A DNA stretch of 64,000 bases, from the NCBI GenBank assembly GCA_035416665.1, contig DAOLNQ010000007.1:17063-81062 (forward strand), read 5' to 3'. A program made the translations under genes and the position numbers. This document shows positions 28,894 to 38,713 of this stretch, piece after piece (position 1 is the first letter of the stretch; each line of letters opens with the position of its first letter). This DNA comes from Candidatus Saccharicenans sp. Its GTDB lineage: Bacteria > Acidobacteriota > Aminicenantia > Aminicenantales > Saccharicenantaceae. The notes beneath the pieces are model-generated. The model searched no databases, was not told the origin of the DNA, and worked only from the letters and a program-made list of their open reading frames with translations.

Positions 28894-30159
28894 TCAGTCC
28901 TCCTGTTCGCTTTCATCTGGTGATTCTGAGGGGCTTCTGGTTAGCCTCACTTTTTTGATACTTTTATCGTTTACTTCCAGAACTTCAAAATTAAGCTCGC
29001 CTATTTTGACCGTTTCGCCCTTTCTTGGTAGCCGACCCAGACATTGATTAAGCAGACCGTTGACGGTCAAAAAATCGTCTTCGGCCAGTTCCGTTCCTGT
29101 TATTTCTTCCAGATCTTCAATTTCGGCTTCACCTCTAACCAGGTAAGTATCCGGTTTTTCAACTATAATTGGCGGTTCTTCCACATCATATTCATCCTGG
29201 ATATCACCGACTATCTCTTCCAGCAGGTCTTCCATGGTGACCAGACCGGCCACCCCTCCGTATTCGTCAACCACAACGGCCATTTTTTGCCTGGCCTTTT
29301 TAAATTCCTTCAGCAGCTCTTTGACCATCATGGTTTCCGGGACAAACATGACTGGCCTGATCAGAAAATCTATCTTACGGTTGGCCTGCTGTTCATCGCT
29401 GTATTCCAGCAAGTCTTTGGCTATGACCATGCCTTCAATATTGTCCAGGCGCTCTTTATAAACAGGTATTCTGGAATATTTTTCACGACAAATTAACTCT
29501 TTTAACTCTCTAATCGTAGCTTCTCGCTCAATAGCCACGATTCTGGTTCGCGGAGTCATAATTTCCCGGACCAGCCGATCCCCAAACTCCACCACGCCAC
29601 GCAGCAGTTCATTCTCATCTTTTTCAATGATGCCTTCTTCTGTAGCTTCATCAATGAATGTTTCTATTTCCTGATCAGAAGCTTCGTGACTGCGATCGGT
29701 GGCCTGTCTGCTTTCTTCTTTTTTTAACAAGAAACGAGGTAAAAGAAGAATCGGAGTCAGAAGCCAGATCAAGACTCTCAGGACCGGCAAAAAGATGGCG
29801 AGTCCTCTGCCCTTCAGGCAATAAAAAGTAAGACGTGGCAAATAGTCAAAAAGAACTATATAAATAAGGACCAGCCCCAGAAAAAGCCATAAAGGCCAGA
29901 GGTTAACCTTCGGCCAGAGGCGATAGGTATAAACCACAAAGGCCAGAAAAAAAATCAAGCGGGCATAATCAACGGCGATTTTGAGCTCATCATAGTGATC
30001 AAGGACTTTCTGTTTGATCTCGCTCTTTTCATGATCCAGTAACCGCGAAAAACCTATTCTGGAGTGGTAAGAAAAAATTATGTAAAAAACTGACATCAGA
30101 AAACAGATCAGGGCGATGATTACCAGACCAAACAGTTCAAGCGCTGAAGACGAACTCAT
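28894..30159 (-). CDS. CorC/TlyC-family hemolysin-like protein (DUF21 TM domain, CBS pair and CorC_HlyC domain).
   Basis: Four N-terminal TMs, tandem CBS and a C-terminal transporter-associated domain. Typical position between ybeY and era. Confidence 0.9.
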   Translation of the reverse strand: MSSSSALELFGLVIIALICFLMSVFYIIFSYHSRIGFSRLLDHEKSEIKQKVLDHYDELKIAVDYARLIFFLAFVVYTYRLWPKVNLWPLWLFLGLVLIYIVLFDYLPRLTFYCLKGRGLAIFLPVLRVLIWLLTPILLLPRFLLKKEESRQATDRSHEASDQEIETFIDEATEEGIIEKDENELLRGVVEFGDRLVREIMTPRTRIVAIEREATIRELKELICREKYSRIPVYKERLDNIEGMVIAKDLLEYSDEQQANRKIDFLIRPVMFVPETMMVKELLKEFKKARQKMAVVVDEYGGVAGLVTMEDLLEEIVGDIQDEYDVEEPPIIVEKPDTYLVRGEAEIEDLEEITGTELAEDDFLTVNGLLNQCLGRLPRKGETVKIGELNFEVLEVNDKSIKKVRLTRSPSESPDESEQED

Positions 30160-30605
30160 CTGGATTTCTGCCCTCCAGGCAGCTGTGATTTATAAGCTTT
30201 TAATAACCATGACCTGACTTTTTCTTCTTCTTCTTCCATTTCAGCCGAATGTTCTAAGCCCAGAAGATGAAGAAAGCCGTGGATAGCCAGAATTTCCAGT
30301 TCGCGGGTTAGAGAATGGCCTTGCTTCCTGGCCTGACGACTGGCCACCTCCGGACAGATAATTATATCACCTAAATAATACTGCCCATCGGGCCCTTTTT
30401 CTTTCAGGGCAAAGCTCAGGACGTCAGTTGGCTTATCCTTATGACGGTATTGCCTGTTAAGGCGGCGCATGGTTTGCTGGCCAACAAAACTGACCACCAC
30501 TTCGGCCTGCTCCATCTTATATCTTTTGCTTAGTTTTTCCAGCATCTCTTTAATTTTTCTGGCTGGTACCTGTTTTTTCCTCAGCTTGTTTATTATTATG
30601 ACCAT
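30156..30605 (-). CDS. ybeY: rRNA maturation endoribonuclease YbeY.
   Basis: HGFLHLLGLEH H3xH5xH zinc motif and VLSF motif. 4-nt overlap with corC. Confidence 0.9.
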   Translation of the reverse strand: MVIIINKLRKKQVPARKIKEMLEKLSKRYKMEQAEVVVSFVGQQTMRRLNRQYRHKDKPTDVLSFALKEKGPDGQYYLGDIIICPEVASRQARKQGHSLTRELEILAIHGFLHLLGLEHSAEMEEEEEKVRSWLLKAYKSQLPGGQKSR

Positions 30606-32937
30606 TATTCTTTTTCACCTCTTCTTTTTTCTCGGACTTATCAGCCTTTTTTTCAAAATCAAATCCAGGATAAGTGGGGCGTGGATGATAAATAGCATAA
30701 AGAGTGATCAGGTAAGAATTGGCAATGACGCGCAGGTCCTTAAGGGAAAAGCCGCATTCATCCAGCTGGCCGTCTTGAAGATGAGTATTGAAAATCTCAG
30801 TAATGACCCGCTTGAGATTTTCTCTGGTTGGTGATTTAAGACTTCTGGCTGCTGCCTCGACTGAATCAGCCAGCATGATTAAACCAGCTTCCTTGCTTTT
30901 GGGTAAAGGCCCTGGATAACGAAAATCTTCGGCCTCAATTTTATGCAGCTCCGGATCATATCTCTCTTTAGCCTTATGATAAAAATAACGGACAATGGAG
31001 GTGCCATGATGCTGTCCAATGATATCAATAATTCTTCGAGGCAGCCTGAGTTTTCTGCCCATCTCCACTCCATCCCTCACATGATTGATAATGACCAGCG
31101 TGCTGAGGGAGGGAGTCAGCTCACGGTGAACATCATAGCCAGGGGTCTGATTCTCGCTGAAATATTCGGGTCGTTTTAGCTTGCCTATATCGTGATAAAG
31201 ACCACCAGCTCTGACCAGAGCAGCATCAGCTTTGATTTCTTCGGCTGCCTTTTCAGCCAGAGTGGCCACAATTAAAGAATGATGATAGGTGCCCGGCGCT
31301 TCCAGGGCCAGACGGCGGAAAACTGGCAGGTCAGAATTACTGAGTTCATACAACTTGGAAGGAGTCAGAAAGCCAAATATACTTTCAAAAACTGGTATTA
31401 AGACATAGGCAATCGCCGCTCCGAGCAATCCTCCAATTATCGCGCTTAAAATCTCTGTACCCAATAAAGAGATATTCTGGAAGCTCTGTTTAATCAGGCC
31501 AATTATTAAGACCAGAATAACCTGGAAAGGAGCCAGGACCATCAGGCCGGTCTTCAGGACAGTACTCCGGCTCTGCGGGAAAAAGTATTTAAGGCCGTAA
31601 ATGACTGAGATTCCGCCCAGAAGAATATAGATGATTAAAAAATAATCGCCGTTGAGAAGGTAGCCGGTGAGCAGGCTGTTGATCACACAATAAACGACCG
31701 CTGTTTCAGCTGAAGCAGCCAGGGTAATCAGAAAAGCTCCAAACTGAAGAGGAAAGGCAAAGACCAGAGCTTCTTTTTCCAGGGTAACAGCCAAGGACGA
31801 GCTGCTCAGAGCCTCGGCCAGGAAAAGGCTGGCTTTGGTTATCAGAAAGCTGATAAGAAGAGTCAAGCCCATCATAACCAGAATGGATAACTTGTTTTCG
31901 GCTGCCGAGGCCGACTGAATAACCAGCCAGATGAAATAGAAAAAGATAAAATATAAAATAGCCAGACCGGCAAAATTAAACAACCAGTGAGGTCGCTGGC
32001 TGATCTTCTGGTTAACAAGCATAATCTGCTGAAGGCTTTCAGAAGTTACTTCATCGCCCTTTCTGATGATGACTTTGCCTTTTTTGATGGTATAAAAAAC
32101 AGGCTCAACTGAATTTCTGATTCTAAATTTTCTGGCCTCGGTTTCGGCCTGGTCATAACTGATGGTCGGTGCCAGCAGAATTGGTAGGAAGGATTTCAGT
32201 ATGGACTTGGTCCTGGTCGGAATTTCCAGGCTATCAATCTCATTTAAAAGTTTTTCTCTGGCTTCTTTAAGGTCAATGATTTCTCCAGCTTTAAACAGTT
32301 TTTCTTCTTTCCCTCTAATGATCAGAAGGCCCCTTTCTATCTCACCATGATTCATCAGCTCCCGTGACAGAATTATTTCCTGATTGAGAATAGAAGCTAT
32401 AATTTGGGTTGATAGATTCTCCAGTTCAACCGGGAACTTTAGTTTTAGCAGCTGGTCAACAGTCCGGTTATCGAGATCAATAGCCAGGTTCTCGGACAGT
32501 GATTTTTGCAACTCTTTAATAGTGCTGTCGGTGGGGCTGGCAGCGGCCAGCCGGCCCAGGCTGAACATCTGTTTTATTTTTTCCTGAACACTGGAAATAA
32601 TCCTCTGGTTATAAAAATAGACGGGAGGAACTGTTTCTTCAGCCTGGCTTCTTCTTTTTTCGGTCGCCTGGACATCTTCGACAGTAATTTCTATTGGCGA
32701 GACAATATCCTTGGTGGCAATTTCGCCGACTCTGGGTAGTGGCAAAGGCCTGGCCGGGAAAAAAGAAATAACAAAGGATAGAAGAACAGAAAAAATTGCG
32801 ATGTAAAAAAACGGGCTGGAAATAATGTTTTTAATCCAGTTGAATTTTCCCTTAGAAGAGGGCTGGGTTTTTTTACGGAAAGGTATTATTTCATCGGCTT
32901 TAAACAGGCGGAGTTGCCGGAAACGAATAATTTTCAT
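30550..32937 (-). CDS. pgpH: 7TM-receptor HD-domain phosphohydrolase (PgpH/YqfF-like, a putative c-di-AMP phosphodiesterase).
   Basis: Extracellular N-domain, 7 TM helices and an HDIG domain (GTYHHSLIVATLAE...GGLYHDIGK). Lys-rich C-terminal tail overlaps ybeY by 56 nt. Confidence 0.85.
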   Translation of the reverse strand: MKIIRFRQLRLFKADEIIPFRKKTQPSSKGKFNWIKNIISSPFFYIAIFSVLLSFVISFFPARPLPLPRVGEIATKDIVSPIEITVEDVQATEKRRSQAEETVPPVYFYNQRIISSVQEKIKQMFSLGRLAAASPTDSTIKELQKSLSENLAIDLDNRTVDQLLKLKFPVELENLSTQIIASILNQEIILSRELMNHGEIERGLLIIRGKEEKLFKAGEIIDLKEAREKLLNEIDSLEIPTRTKSILKSFLPILLAPTISYDQAETEARKFRIRNSVEPVFYTIKKGKVIIRKGDEVTSESLQQIMLVNQKISQRPHWLFNFAGLAILYFIFFYFIWLVIQSASAAENKLSILVMMGLTLLISFLITKASLFLAEALSSSSLAVTLEKEALVFAFPLQFGAFLITLAASAETAVVYCVINSLLTGYLLNGDYFLIIYILLGGISVIYGLKYFFPQSRSTVLKTGLMVLAPFQVILVLIIGLIKQSFQNISLLGTEILSAIIGGLLGAAIAYVLIPVFESIFGFLTPSKLYELSNSDLPVFRRLALEAPGTYHHSLIVATLAEKAAEEIKADAALVRAGGLYHDIGKLKRPEYFSENQTPGYDVHRELTPSLSTLVIINHVRDGVEMGRKLRLPRRIIDIIGQHHGTSIVRYFYHKAKERYDPELHKIEAEDFRYPGPLPKSKEAGLIMLADSVEAAARSLKSPTRENLKRVITEIFNTHLQDGQLDECGFSLKDLRVIANSYLITLYAIYHPRPTYPGFDFEKKADKSEKKEEVKKNNGHNNKQAEEKTGTSQKN

Positions 32938-32949
32938 CTGGTTATATAA

Positions 32950-33894
32950 TTAAAGCGATTGGGATTCTGCCTTGGCATAGGCTTTGATGATCCTGGCCAC
33001 CAGGGGATGGCGGACCACATCCTTTTCCGTGAAGTAGACGAAGGCAATCTCCTTTATCGAGGACAGGACTTTAATGGCCTGAAGTACACCCGATTTTTTT
33101 GGCTGAGGAAGATCAATCTGGGTAATGTCGGCGGTAACCACCAGCTTGGAATCAAAACCCAGCCTGGTCAGAATCATTTTCATCTGCTCCCGGCTGGTGT
33201 TTTGAGCTTCATCCAGAATGATAAAAGCATTATTTAAGGTGCGGCCTCTCATATAGGCCAGGGGGGCAATTTCAATTACTCCCTTTTCTAACAGGCGATT
33301 AGCCTGTTCATAGGAAGTTAGATCAAATAGCGCATCATATAAAGGTCGCAGGTAAGGATTTACTTTTTGAAACATATCGCCCGGCAGGAAACCAAGCTTT
33401 TCACCAGCTTCAACCGCTGGCCTGGTTAAAATGATGCGGGTTACCTGCTTGCTCTGTAAAAAAGACAGGGCCAGAGCCATGGCCAGATAGGTTTTACCTG
33501 TTCCGGCCGGGCCTATACCGAAAACCAGATCAAAGTTTTTTATAGCTTCCATGTACTCTTTCTGGTTCAGGCTCTTAGGCGCCACTGATTTTCGCTGGAG
33601 GTATAGAGGCTCAGCCGGCGAATATTCTTCGAGTTGACCTCGATTTTCCTCCATCAAATCCAGAGCTATCTGGAAATCTTCTTCCTTTAGATGGTAGCCT
33701 TTTTCTTCCAGTTCCTGCAGTTTGTCAAAAAACTTCCTGGCCAGCTGGACTTTTTCAGCCGGTCCCTCGATAATTAGTTTATCTCCTCGAAGGGATAAAG
33801 TGATTCCTAACCGGCCTTCAAGGCGTTTGAGGCTTTTGTCCAGGCTACCTGAATAAGAAATGCCCTGCAGAAAATGATGGGTTGTTTTTTCCAT
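32950..33894 (-). CDS. ybeZ: PhoH-like ATPase (YbeZ).
   Basis: GPAGTGKTYLAMALA Walker A. PhoH family. Classic neighbourhood with ybeY. Confidence 0.9.
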   Translation of the reverse strand: MEKTTHHFLQGISYSGSLDKSLKRLEGRLGITLSLRGDKLIIEGPAEKVQLARKFFDKLQELEEKGYHLKEEDFQIALDLMEENRGQLEEYSPAEPLYLQRKSVAPKSLNQKEYMEAIKNFDLVFGIGPAGTGKTYLAMALALSFLQSKQVTRIILTRPAVEAGEKLGFLPGDMFQKVNPYLRPLYDALFDLTSYEQANRLLEKGVIEIAPLAYMRGRTLNNAFIILDEAQNTSREQMKMILTRLGFDSKLVVTADITQIDLPQPKKSGVLQAIKVLSSIKEIAFVYFTEKDVVRHPLVARIIKAYAKAESQSL

Positions 33895-34056
33895 CTTAGA
33901 AGGCCAATTTACCTCTTTCCTATATTATCCTCATATCAGCTTATAGAAGCTAAACTGAAAAAATTAAATCATGCCTCTAAACTTTTGTCAAGGAAACCTG
34001 GCTGAGGTGAAATAGTGCCGGCTTCAATTTTGTCTGTAAGTCCAGCCTCAATTCGG

Positions 34057-34085
34057 TTGAAAAAAAACTCAGTCTGTTATATAAA
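34057..34085 (+). promoter_or_regulatory. Putative promoter TTGAAA-17-TATAAA upstream of the small RHH-like gene and sat.
   Basis: Hexamers about 20 nt upstream of the CAGGAGGA RBS and the ATG at 34104. Confidence 0.35.
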
Positions 34086-34103
34086 AACTTCTCAGGAGGA
34101 ATA

Positions 34104-34319
34104 ATGGAAAAAGAGTTCACTTCAGTTTCGATTCCAACATCCCTTTATAAAAAAATTGAAGAAAAGATCAAGGGCACCGACATCAGCTCAGTTTCCAGTT
34201 ATGTAGCCAAAGTCCTTAGAGAAAGTCTGGCCAGGGAACAAGACAATAAAGAAGTTTTTACACCGGAAGAAGAAGAAAAGATCAAGGAAAGGCTAAAGGC
34301 TCTCGGCTATATTGACTGA
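34104..34319 (+). CDS. Small (71 aa) protein, possibly a ribbon-helix-helix (CopG/Arc-like) regulator.
   Basis: Strong RBS. N-terminal beta-strand-like FTSVSIPTSLYKKIEEKIK followed by helices. No direct motif proof. Confidence 0.45.
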   Translation: MEKEFTSVSIPTSLYKKIEEKIKGTDISSVSSYVAKVLRESLAREQDNKEVFTPEEEEKIKERLKALGYID

Positions 34320-34363
34320 ACAACCAGGACCAGATTATCAGCACCACTTAGAAGGAGAAAACA

Positions 34364-35512
34364 ATGATCTCACCACACGGGGGAAAACTCATAAATCGCT
34401 TCCTGGAGGAAGATGAAAGACAAAAGGTACTGGAGGAGATAGACCGTCTGCCCTCTCTGACTCTTGACCCGGATCTAATTTCTGACGTGGAGAATATCGC
34501 CACGGGAGTTTATTCACCTCTGGTCGGCTTTATGAACAGGTCTGATCTGGACAGTGTTCTGCAGAACATGAGGCTGGCCGATGATCTGCCCTGGACTATG
34601 CCTATTGTCCTGGATGTTGACCGCCAAACGGCAGACCGGCTGAAAATCGGAGAAAGAGTAACCCTGCGCTCAGAAGATGGTCAGCCGGTAGCAGTGCTCA
34701 ATATTGAGGACAAATACACTTATGATAAAGAGCAATTTGCTTTGAGAGTTTATGGCACGACTGACCTCAAACATCCGGGAGTAGCCAGGCTGTCTGCTAT
34801 GAAGGAGTTTTTGCTGGGCGGCAAACTGGAAGTGGTCAATCTGATTCCTACTCCTTTCGACCGCTATCGTCTGACCCCCAGAGAAACCAGGCTCCTGTTT
34901 CGGGAGAAAGGCTGGAAAACAGTCGTCGGTTTTCAAACCCGAAATACACCCCACCTGGGCCATGAATATGTTCAAAAAACCGCTTTGACCTTTACTGATG
35001 GCCTGTTTATTAACCCGGTGATCGGTCGCAAAAAAAAGGGTGATTTTAAAGATGAGGTCATTCTGGCTGCCTACGAAGAGCTTATCAAGCACTACTACCT
35101 TAAAGACCGGGCGGTCATGGCCATCTTAAAGATGGAAATGCGTTATGCCGGGCCGCGTGAGGCCATTCATCACGCCATTATAAGAAAGAATTTTGGCTGT
35201 ACACATATCATCATCGGACGGGATCATGCCGGGGTTGGAAATTATTATCCTCCTTATGCGGCTCAGGAAATTTTTGAGCAGTTTCCGGATCTGGGCATTG
35301 TTCCTCTTTTCTTTACCTCTTTCTTTTTCTGCCGTCAATGTCAGTCAGTAGAAAATGAAAAAACCTGTCCTCACGACCGGTCCATGCATGTGGAATTTTC
35401 CGGAACCAGAATCAGAGAAATGCTTGTTAAAGGAGAAGTGCCTCCGCCAGAGTTAATGCGACCGGAAGTGGCCAGGGTGATCTTGTCCTTTGAGCAGCCT
35501 TTTAATGATTGA
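34364..35512 (+). CDS. sat: Sulfate adenylyltransferase (ATP sulfurylase, homo-oligomeric type).
   Basis: QTRNTPHLGHEY and GRDHAG motifs. GAAGGAGAA RBS. Confidence 0.9.
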   Translation: MISPHGGKLINRFLEEDERQKVLEEIDRLPSLTLDPDLISDVENIATGVYSPLVGFMNRSDLDSVLQNMRLADDLPWTMPIVLDVDRQTADRLKIGERVTLRSEDGQPVAVLNIEDKYTYDKEQFALRVYGTTDLKHPGVARLSAMKEFLLGGKLEVVNLIPTPFDRYRLTPRETRLLFREKGWKTVVGFQTRNTPHLGHEYVQKTALTFTDGLFINPVIGRKKKGDFKDEVILAAYEELIKHYYLKDRAVMAILKMEMRYAGPREAIHHAIIRKNFGCTHIIIGRDHAGVGNYYPPYAAQEIFEQFPDLGIVPLFFTSFFFCRQCQSVENEKTCPHDRSMHVEFSGTRIREMLVKGEVPPPELMRPEVARVILSFEQPFND

Positions 35513-35552
35513 TTGAGGATTAAAGCCGGTTAGATAATGAAAGGTAGCTGAA

Positions 35553-36926
35553 TTGAAAGACAAAAGACTTCTGATTATTGGTCTCGATTGTGCTCCGCCT
35601 TCTTTGATCTTTGACCGGGCAGAAAAGTTGCCGCATCTCCGACAACTTATGGCCAATGGGATTTATGGACCGCTGCGCAGTTGTGACCCGCCAATTACGA
35701 TCCCGGCCTGGATGGTCATGGCCACCGGTCGCGATCCAGGCGAACTCGGTCTGTATGGCTTCCGGCATAGAAAGGGTTATGAGTATAACAGGATGTGGAT
35801 TGCCAACTCAACGGCGGTCAAAGAGAAGACTGTCTGGGATTATCTGGGGGAGCAGGGGAAAAAGAGTATCCTGGTTGGTGTTCCACCCAGTTATCCGCCC
35901 AGGCCGGTCAAGGGCGAGCTCATATCCTGCTTTATAACGCCTTCCAATGAAAAGTCATATACCTATCCGGAAGAGCTCAGAAAAGAAATAGAAGAGCATT
36001 TTGGACCTTTCCTTTTTGATGTCGTTTTCAGGACAGAAGATCGCTCTGAAGTCCTGAAAGAAATTTACCGCATGACTGAAAATCATTTTCAGGTGGTTGA
36101 TTATCTTCTTGACCGCCAGGATTGGTCCCTGTTCTGGCTGGTGGAGATCGGGGTGGATCGTATGCACCATGCTTTCTGGAAGTTTATGGATAAAAACCAT
36201 CACCTCTACCAGCCCGGTAATCCTTTTGAATCAGCTATCTATGATTATTATCAATTTCTTGACGAAAAAATCGGACAGCTCTTGAAGAAAATAGACGAGA
36301 GCACTGCCGTCCTGGTTGTTTCGGATCATGGGGCGAAGGGAATGAAAGGTGCTTTCTGTGTCAATGACTGGCTGATCGAGCAGGGGGATCTGGTAATTTC
36401 AGAGCCGCCAGCCCGTGGTCAGAGCATCGATCATCTGAAAATTGACTGGAAGCGGACAAGGGCCTGGGGCTGGGGTGGTTACTATGCCCGCATTTTCTTA
36501 AATGTCGAAGGGCGGGAACCTCAGGGCATCATCCAGCCCGATGATTATGAAACGGCGCGCGATGAACTGGCTGCACGTCTGAAAGCTATCCGTGGGCCAA
36601 AAGGAGAAGAATGGCAGACGGTTATCATCAAGCCTCAGGAGCATTATCCCGTGGTTAACGGCGATTATCCTGATCTGATGGTTTATTTTGATGATTTATA
36701 CTGGCGTTCGGCCGGCACCCTTGGCTATGGCAGTCTTTATCTTGAGGAAAATGATACCGGGCCGGATGACGCTGTTCATGATTACAATGGAATCTATATT
36801 CTTTATGATCCAGATTCTCCAGGTAGGAAGGTAAAGCCGGCCAATATTATTGATATAGCTCCGACTGTTCTTCAGCTCCTGGAGGGACCGGTTGTATCTG
36901 ATTTAAAAGGGAAAGTTATAAGCTGA
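35553..36926 (+). CDS. Alkaline-phosphatase-superfamily enzyme of the type-I phosphodiesterase / nucleotide pyrophosphatase (NPP) family.
   Basis: LLIIGLDCAPPS and TIPAWMVMATGRDPGELGLYGF (Thr nucleophile motif) match the Phosphodiest family. Later DHGAKG metal-site motif. No signal peptide. Confidence 0.75.
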   Translation: MKDKRLLIIGLDCAPPSLIFDRAEKLPHLRQLMANGIYGPLRSCDPPITIPAWMVMATGRDPGELGLYGFRHRKGYEYNRMWIANSTAVKEKTVWDYLGEQGKKSILVGVPPSYPPRPVKGELISCFITPSNEKSYTYPEELRKEIEEHFGPFLFDVVFRTEDRSEVLKEIYRMTENHFQVVDYLLDRQDWSLFWLVEIGVDRMHHAFWKFMDKNHHLYQPGNPFESAIYDYYQFLDEKIGQLLKKIDESTAVLVVSDHGAKGMKGAFCVNDWLIEQGDLVISEPPARGQSIDHLKIDWKRTRAWGWGGYYARIFLNVEGREPQGIIQPDDYETARDELAARLKAIRGPKGEEWQTVIIKPQEHYPVVNGDYPDLMVYFDDLYWRSAGTLGYGSLYLEENDTGPDDAVHDYNGIYILYDPDSPGRKVKPANIIDIAPTVLQLLEGPVVSDLKGKVIS

Positions 36927-37170
36927 TTTTAATTTCCTGAACAAGAGCCGGCGATAAGTTTAATCGGCCGGGCTTCAGTGATGGAGAACATCTTACAAAT
37001 GGTTTTAGATGGAACAGACAGAGAAGAAAGATATAGGCTGGAAGTCTGATCAGGGAAACTCAATTCCAAAAATTAAGGAAACGGAGCAGAATACAATGTT
37101 CTGGACGCCAGGAAATGAGAAAGAAAAATCAAAATTGATTTAGGATAAAAGACAAAAAAGGAGCAGTTTT

Positions 37171-37716
37171 ATGTGTCAGGAACAAAAAGGATTTACCTTG
37201 TGGTTTACCGGCCTGCCCTGTTCGGGCAAGACGGCCATTGCTGACCGTTTAGCCCAGGTTCTTAAAGAGAAAGGTTTAAAAGTTGAGCGTCTGGACGGGG
37301 ATGTGGTTCGCCAGAGCCTCTGCCGCGATCTTGGCTTTTCCCGCCACGATCGAGACGAAAATATCCGGCGGGTGACTTTTGTGGCCAAGCTGCTGACCAG
37401 AAATGGTGTGGCTGTTCTGACCTCTTTTATTTCACCTTACCGGGAGATAAGAGATGAAGCCAGGCGCGAAATAGGTGACTTCATTGAGGTCTATGTGAAA
37501 TGTCCGCTGGAAGTCTGCCTGGCCAGAGATGTCAAGGGGATGTATCAGAAAGCCATAAGGGGAGAAATTAAAGAGTTTACCGGTATCTCTGATCCCTATG
37601 AAGAGCCACTTCAGCCGGAACTGGTTTTAGAAACAGACCGGGAGACTATTGAAGAAAGTGTCAGTAAGGTCCTCAATTATCTCCGCCAGACAGGCTACCT
37701 CGAAGACCATATCTAA
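37171..37716 (+). CDS. cysC: Adenylyl-sulfate (APS) kinase.
   Basis: GFTLWFTGLPCSGKTAIA P-loop. APS kinase length and motifs. Confidence 0.9.
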   Translation: MCQEQKGFTLWFTGLPCSGKTAIADRLAQVLKEKGLKVERLDGDVVRQSLCRDLGFSRHDRDENIRRVTFVAKLLTRNGVAVLTSFISPYREIRDEARREIGDFIEVYVKCPLEVCLARDVKGMYQKAIRGEIKEFTGISDPYEEPLQPELVLETDRETIEESVSKVLNYLRQTGYLEDHI

Positions 37717-37729
37717 CCCTGGAAATAAA

Positions 37730-38680
37730 ACAATGGCCGAGTATAAAAAATATCTGGTGACAGGTGGTGCCGGCTTTATTGGTTCACATCTGGTGGAAGA
37801 ACTGGTCAGACGTCAGTATCAGGTCAGAGTCCTTGATGATTTTTCAAGCGGTAAAGAAGAAAATCTGGCTCCTTTCAGCTCAAAAATAGAAATAATCAGG
37901 GGTGATATCAGGGACAGGGAAACCTGCCGGCGAGCAGCCGCCGGTATGGAGGTAATTCTTCATGAAGCGGCGCTGGCCTCGGTACCCAGATCGATATCCG
38001 AACCTTTTCTGGCCCATGAAATAAATTTAACCGGAACGCTAAATTTGCTCCAGGCGGCGGTCGAAGCCGGGACCAAGAGCTTTGTTTTCGCTTCTTCCTC
38101 GGCGGTCTATGGCGATGATCAGGTCTTTCCCAAGCAAGAAGGAAGCGAAGGTAAGCCCCTCTCTCCCTATGCCGCCCAGAAGCTGGCCTCTGAAAAATAC
38201 TGTCAGGTTATGAGTCTGCTAGACGATTTCAATGCTGTTTCGCTGCGGTATTTTAACGTCTTTGGCCCTCGTCAGGACCCGAATTCTCAATATGCGGCTG
38301 TCATTCCCATTTTTATCAAGCGCCTCCTGGCCGGACAATCACCGGTCATATATGGTGACGGTAAGCAGACCCGCGACTTTATCTACGTTGGCAATGTGGT
38401 CAAAGCTAACCTGCTGGCGGCTCAGGCCGAGTGTTTCCGGGGAGAGGTTTTTAATATCGGTTCTGCGGAGAGAATTACCATCAACGATCTGGCCAGAGAA
38501 ATTGCCAGCTACCTGGGACAATCGGTCAAACCAGAATATGCTCCACCGCGTCCGGGTGATATCAAGAATTCCTATGCCAGCCTGGAAAAAGCCAGAAAGC
38601 TTCTTGGCTTTGAGCCGGAGATTGATTTCAGACAGGGCTTGAAGCTGACCGTTGACTGGTATAAAAAGCGAAGTGGGTAA
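37730..38680 (+). CDS. NAD-dependent nucleotide-sugar epimerase/dehydratase (UDP-hexose 4-epimerase-like, extended SDR).
   Basis: YLVTGGAGFIGSHL Rossmann motif. YxxxK (YAAQK). The internal ATG at 37730 is preferred because the track start overlaps cysC. Confidence 0.85.
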   Translation, partial: TMAEYKKYLVTGGAGFIGSHLVEELVRRQYQVRVLDDFSSGKEENLAPFSSKIEIIRGDIRDRETCRRAAAGMEVILHEAALASVPRSISEPFLAHEINLTGTLNLLQAAVEAGTKSFVFASSSAVYGDDQVFPKQEGSEGKPLSPYAAQKLASEKYCQVMSLLDDFNAVSLRYFNVFGPRQDPNSQYAAVIPIFIKRLLAGQSPVIYGDGKQTRDFIYVGNVVKANLLAAQAECFRGEVFNIGSAERITINDLAREIASYLGQSVKPEYAPPRPGDIKNSYASLEKARKLLGFEPEIDFRQGLKLTVDWYKKRSG

Positions 38681-38713
38681 TATCGGGTAATACTGATTAA
38701 AAGGTTATCAGTT

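Noticed and set aside
38693-38711. Possible bidirectional terminator between the epimerase and hypE.
   Set aside because: The 5-bp stem has a 9-nt loop and no T-run, and it abuts the hypE stop. Too weak to call.
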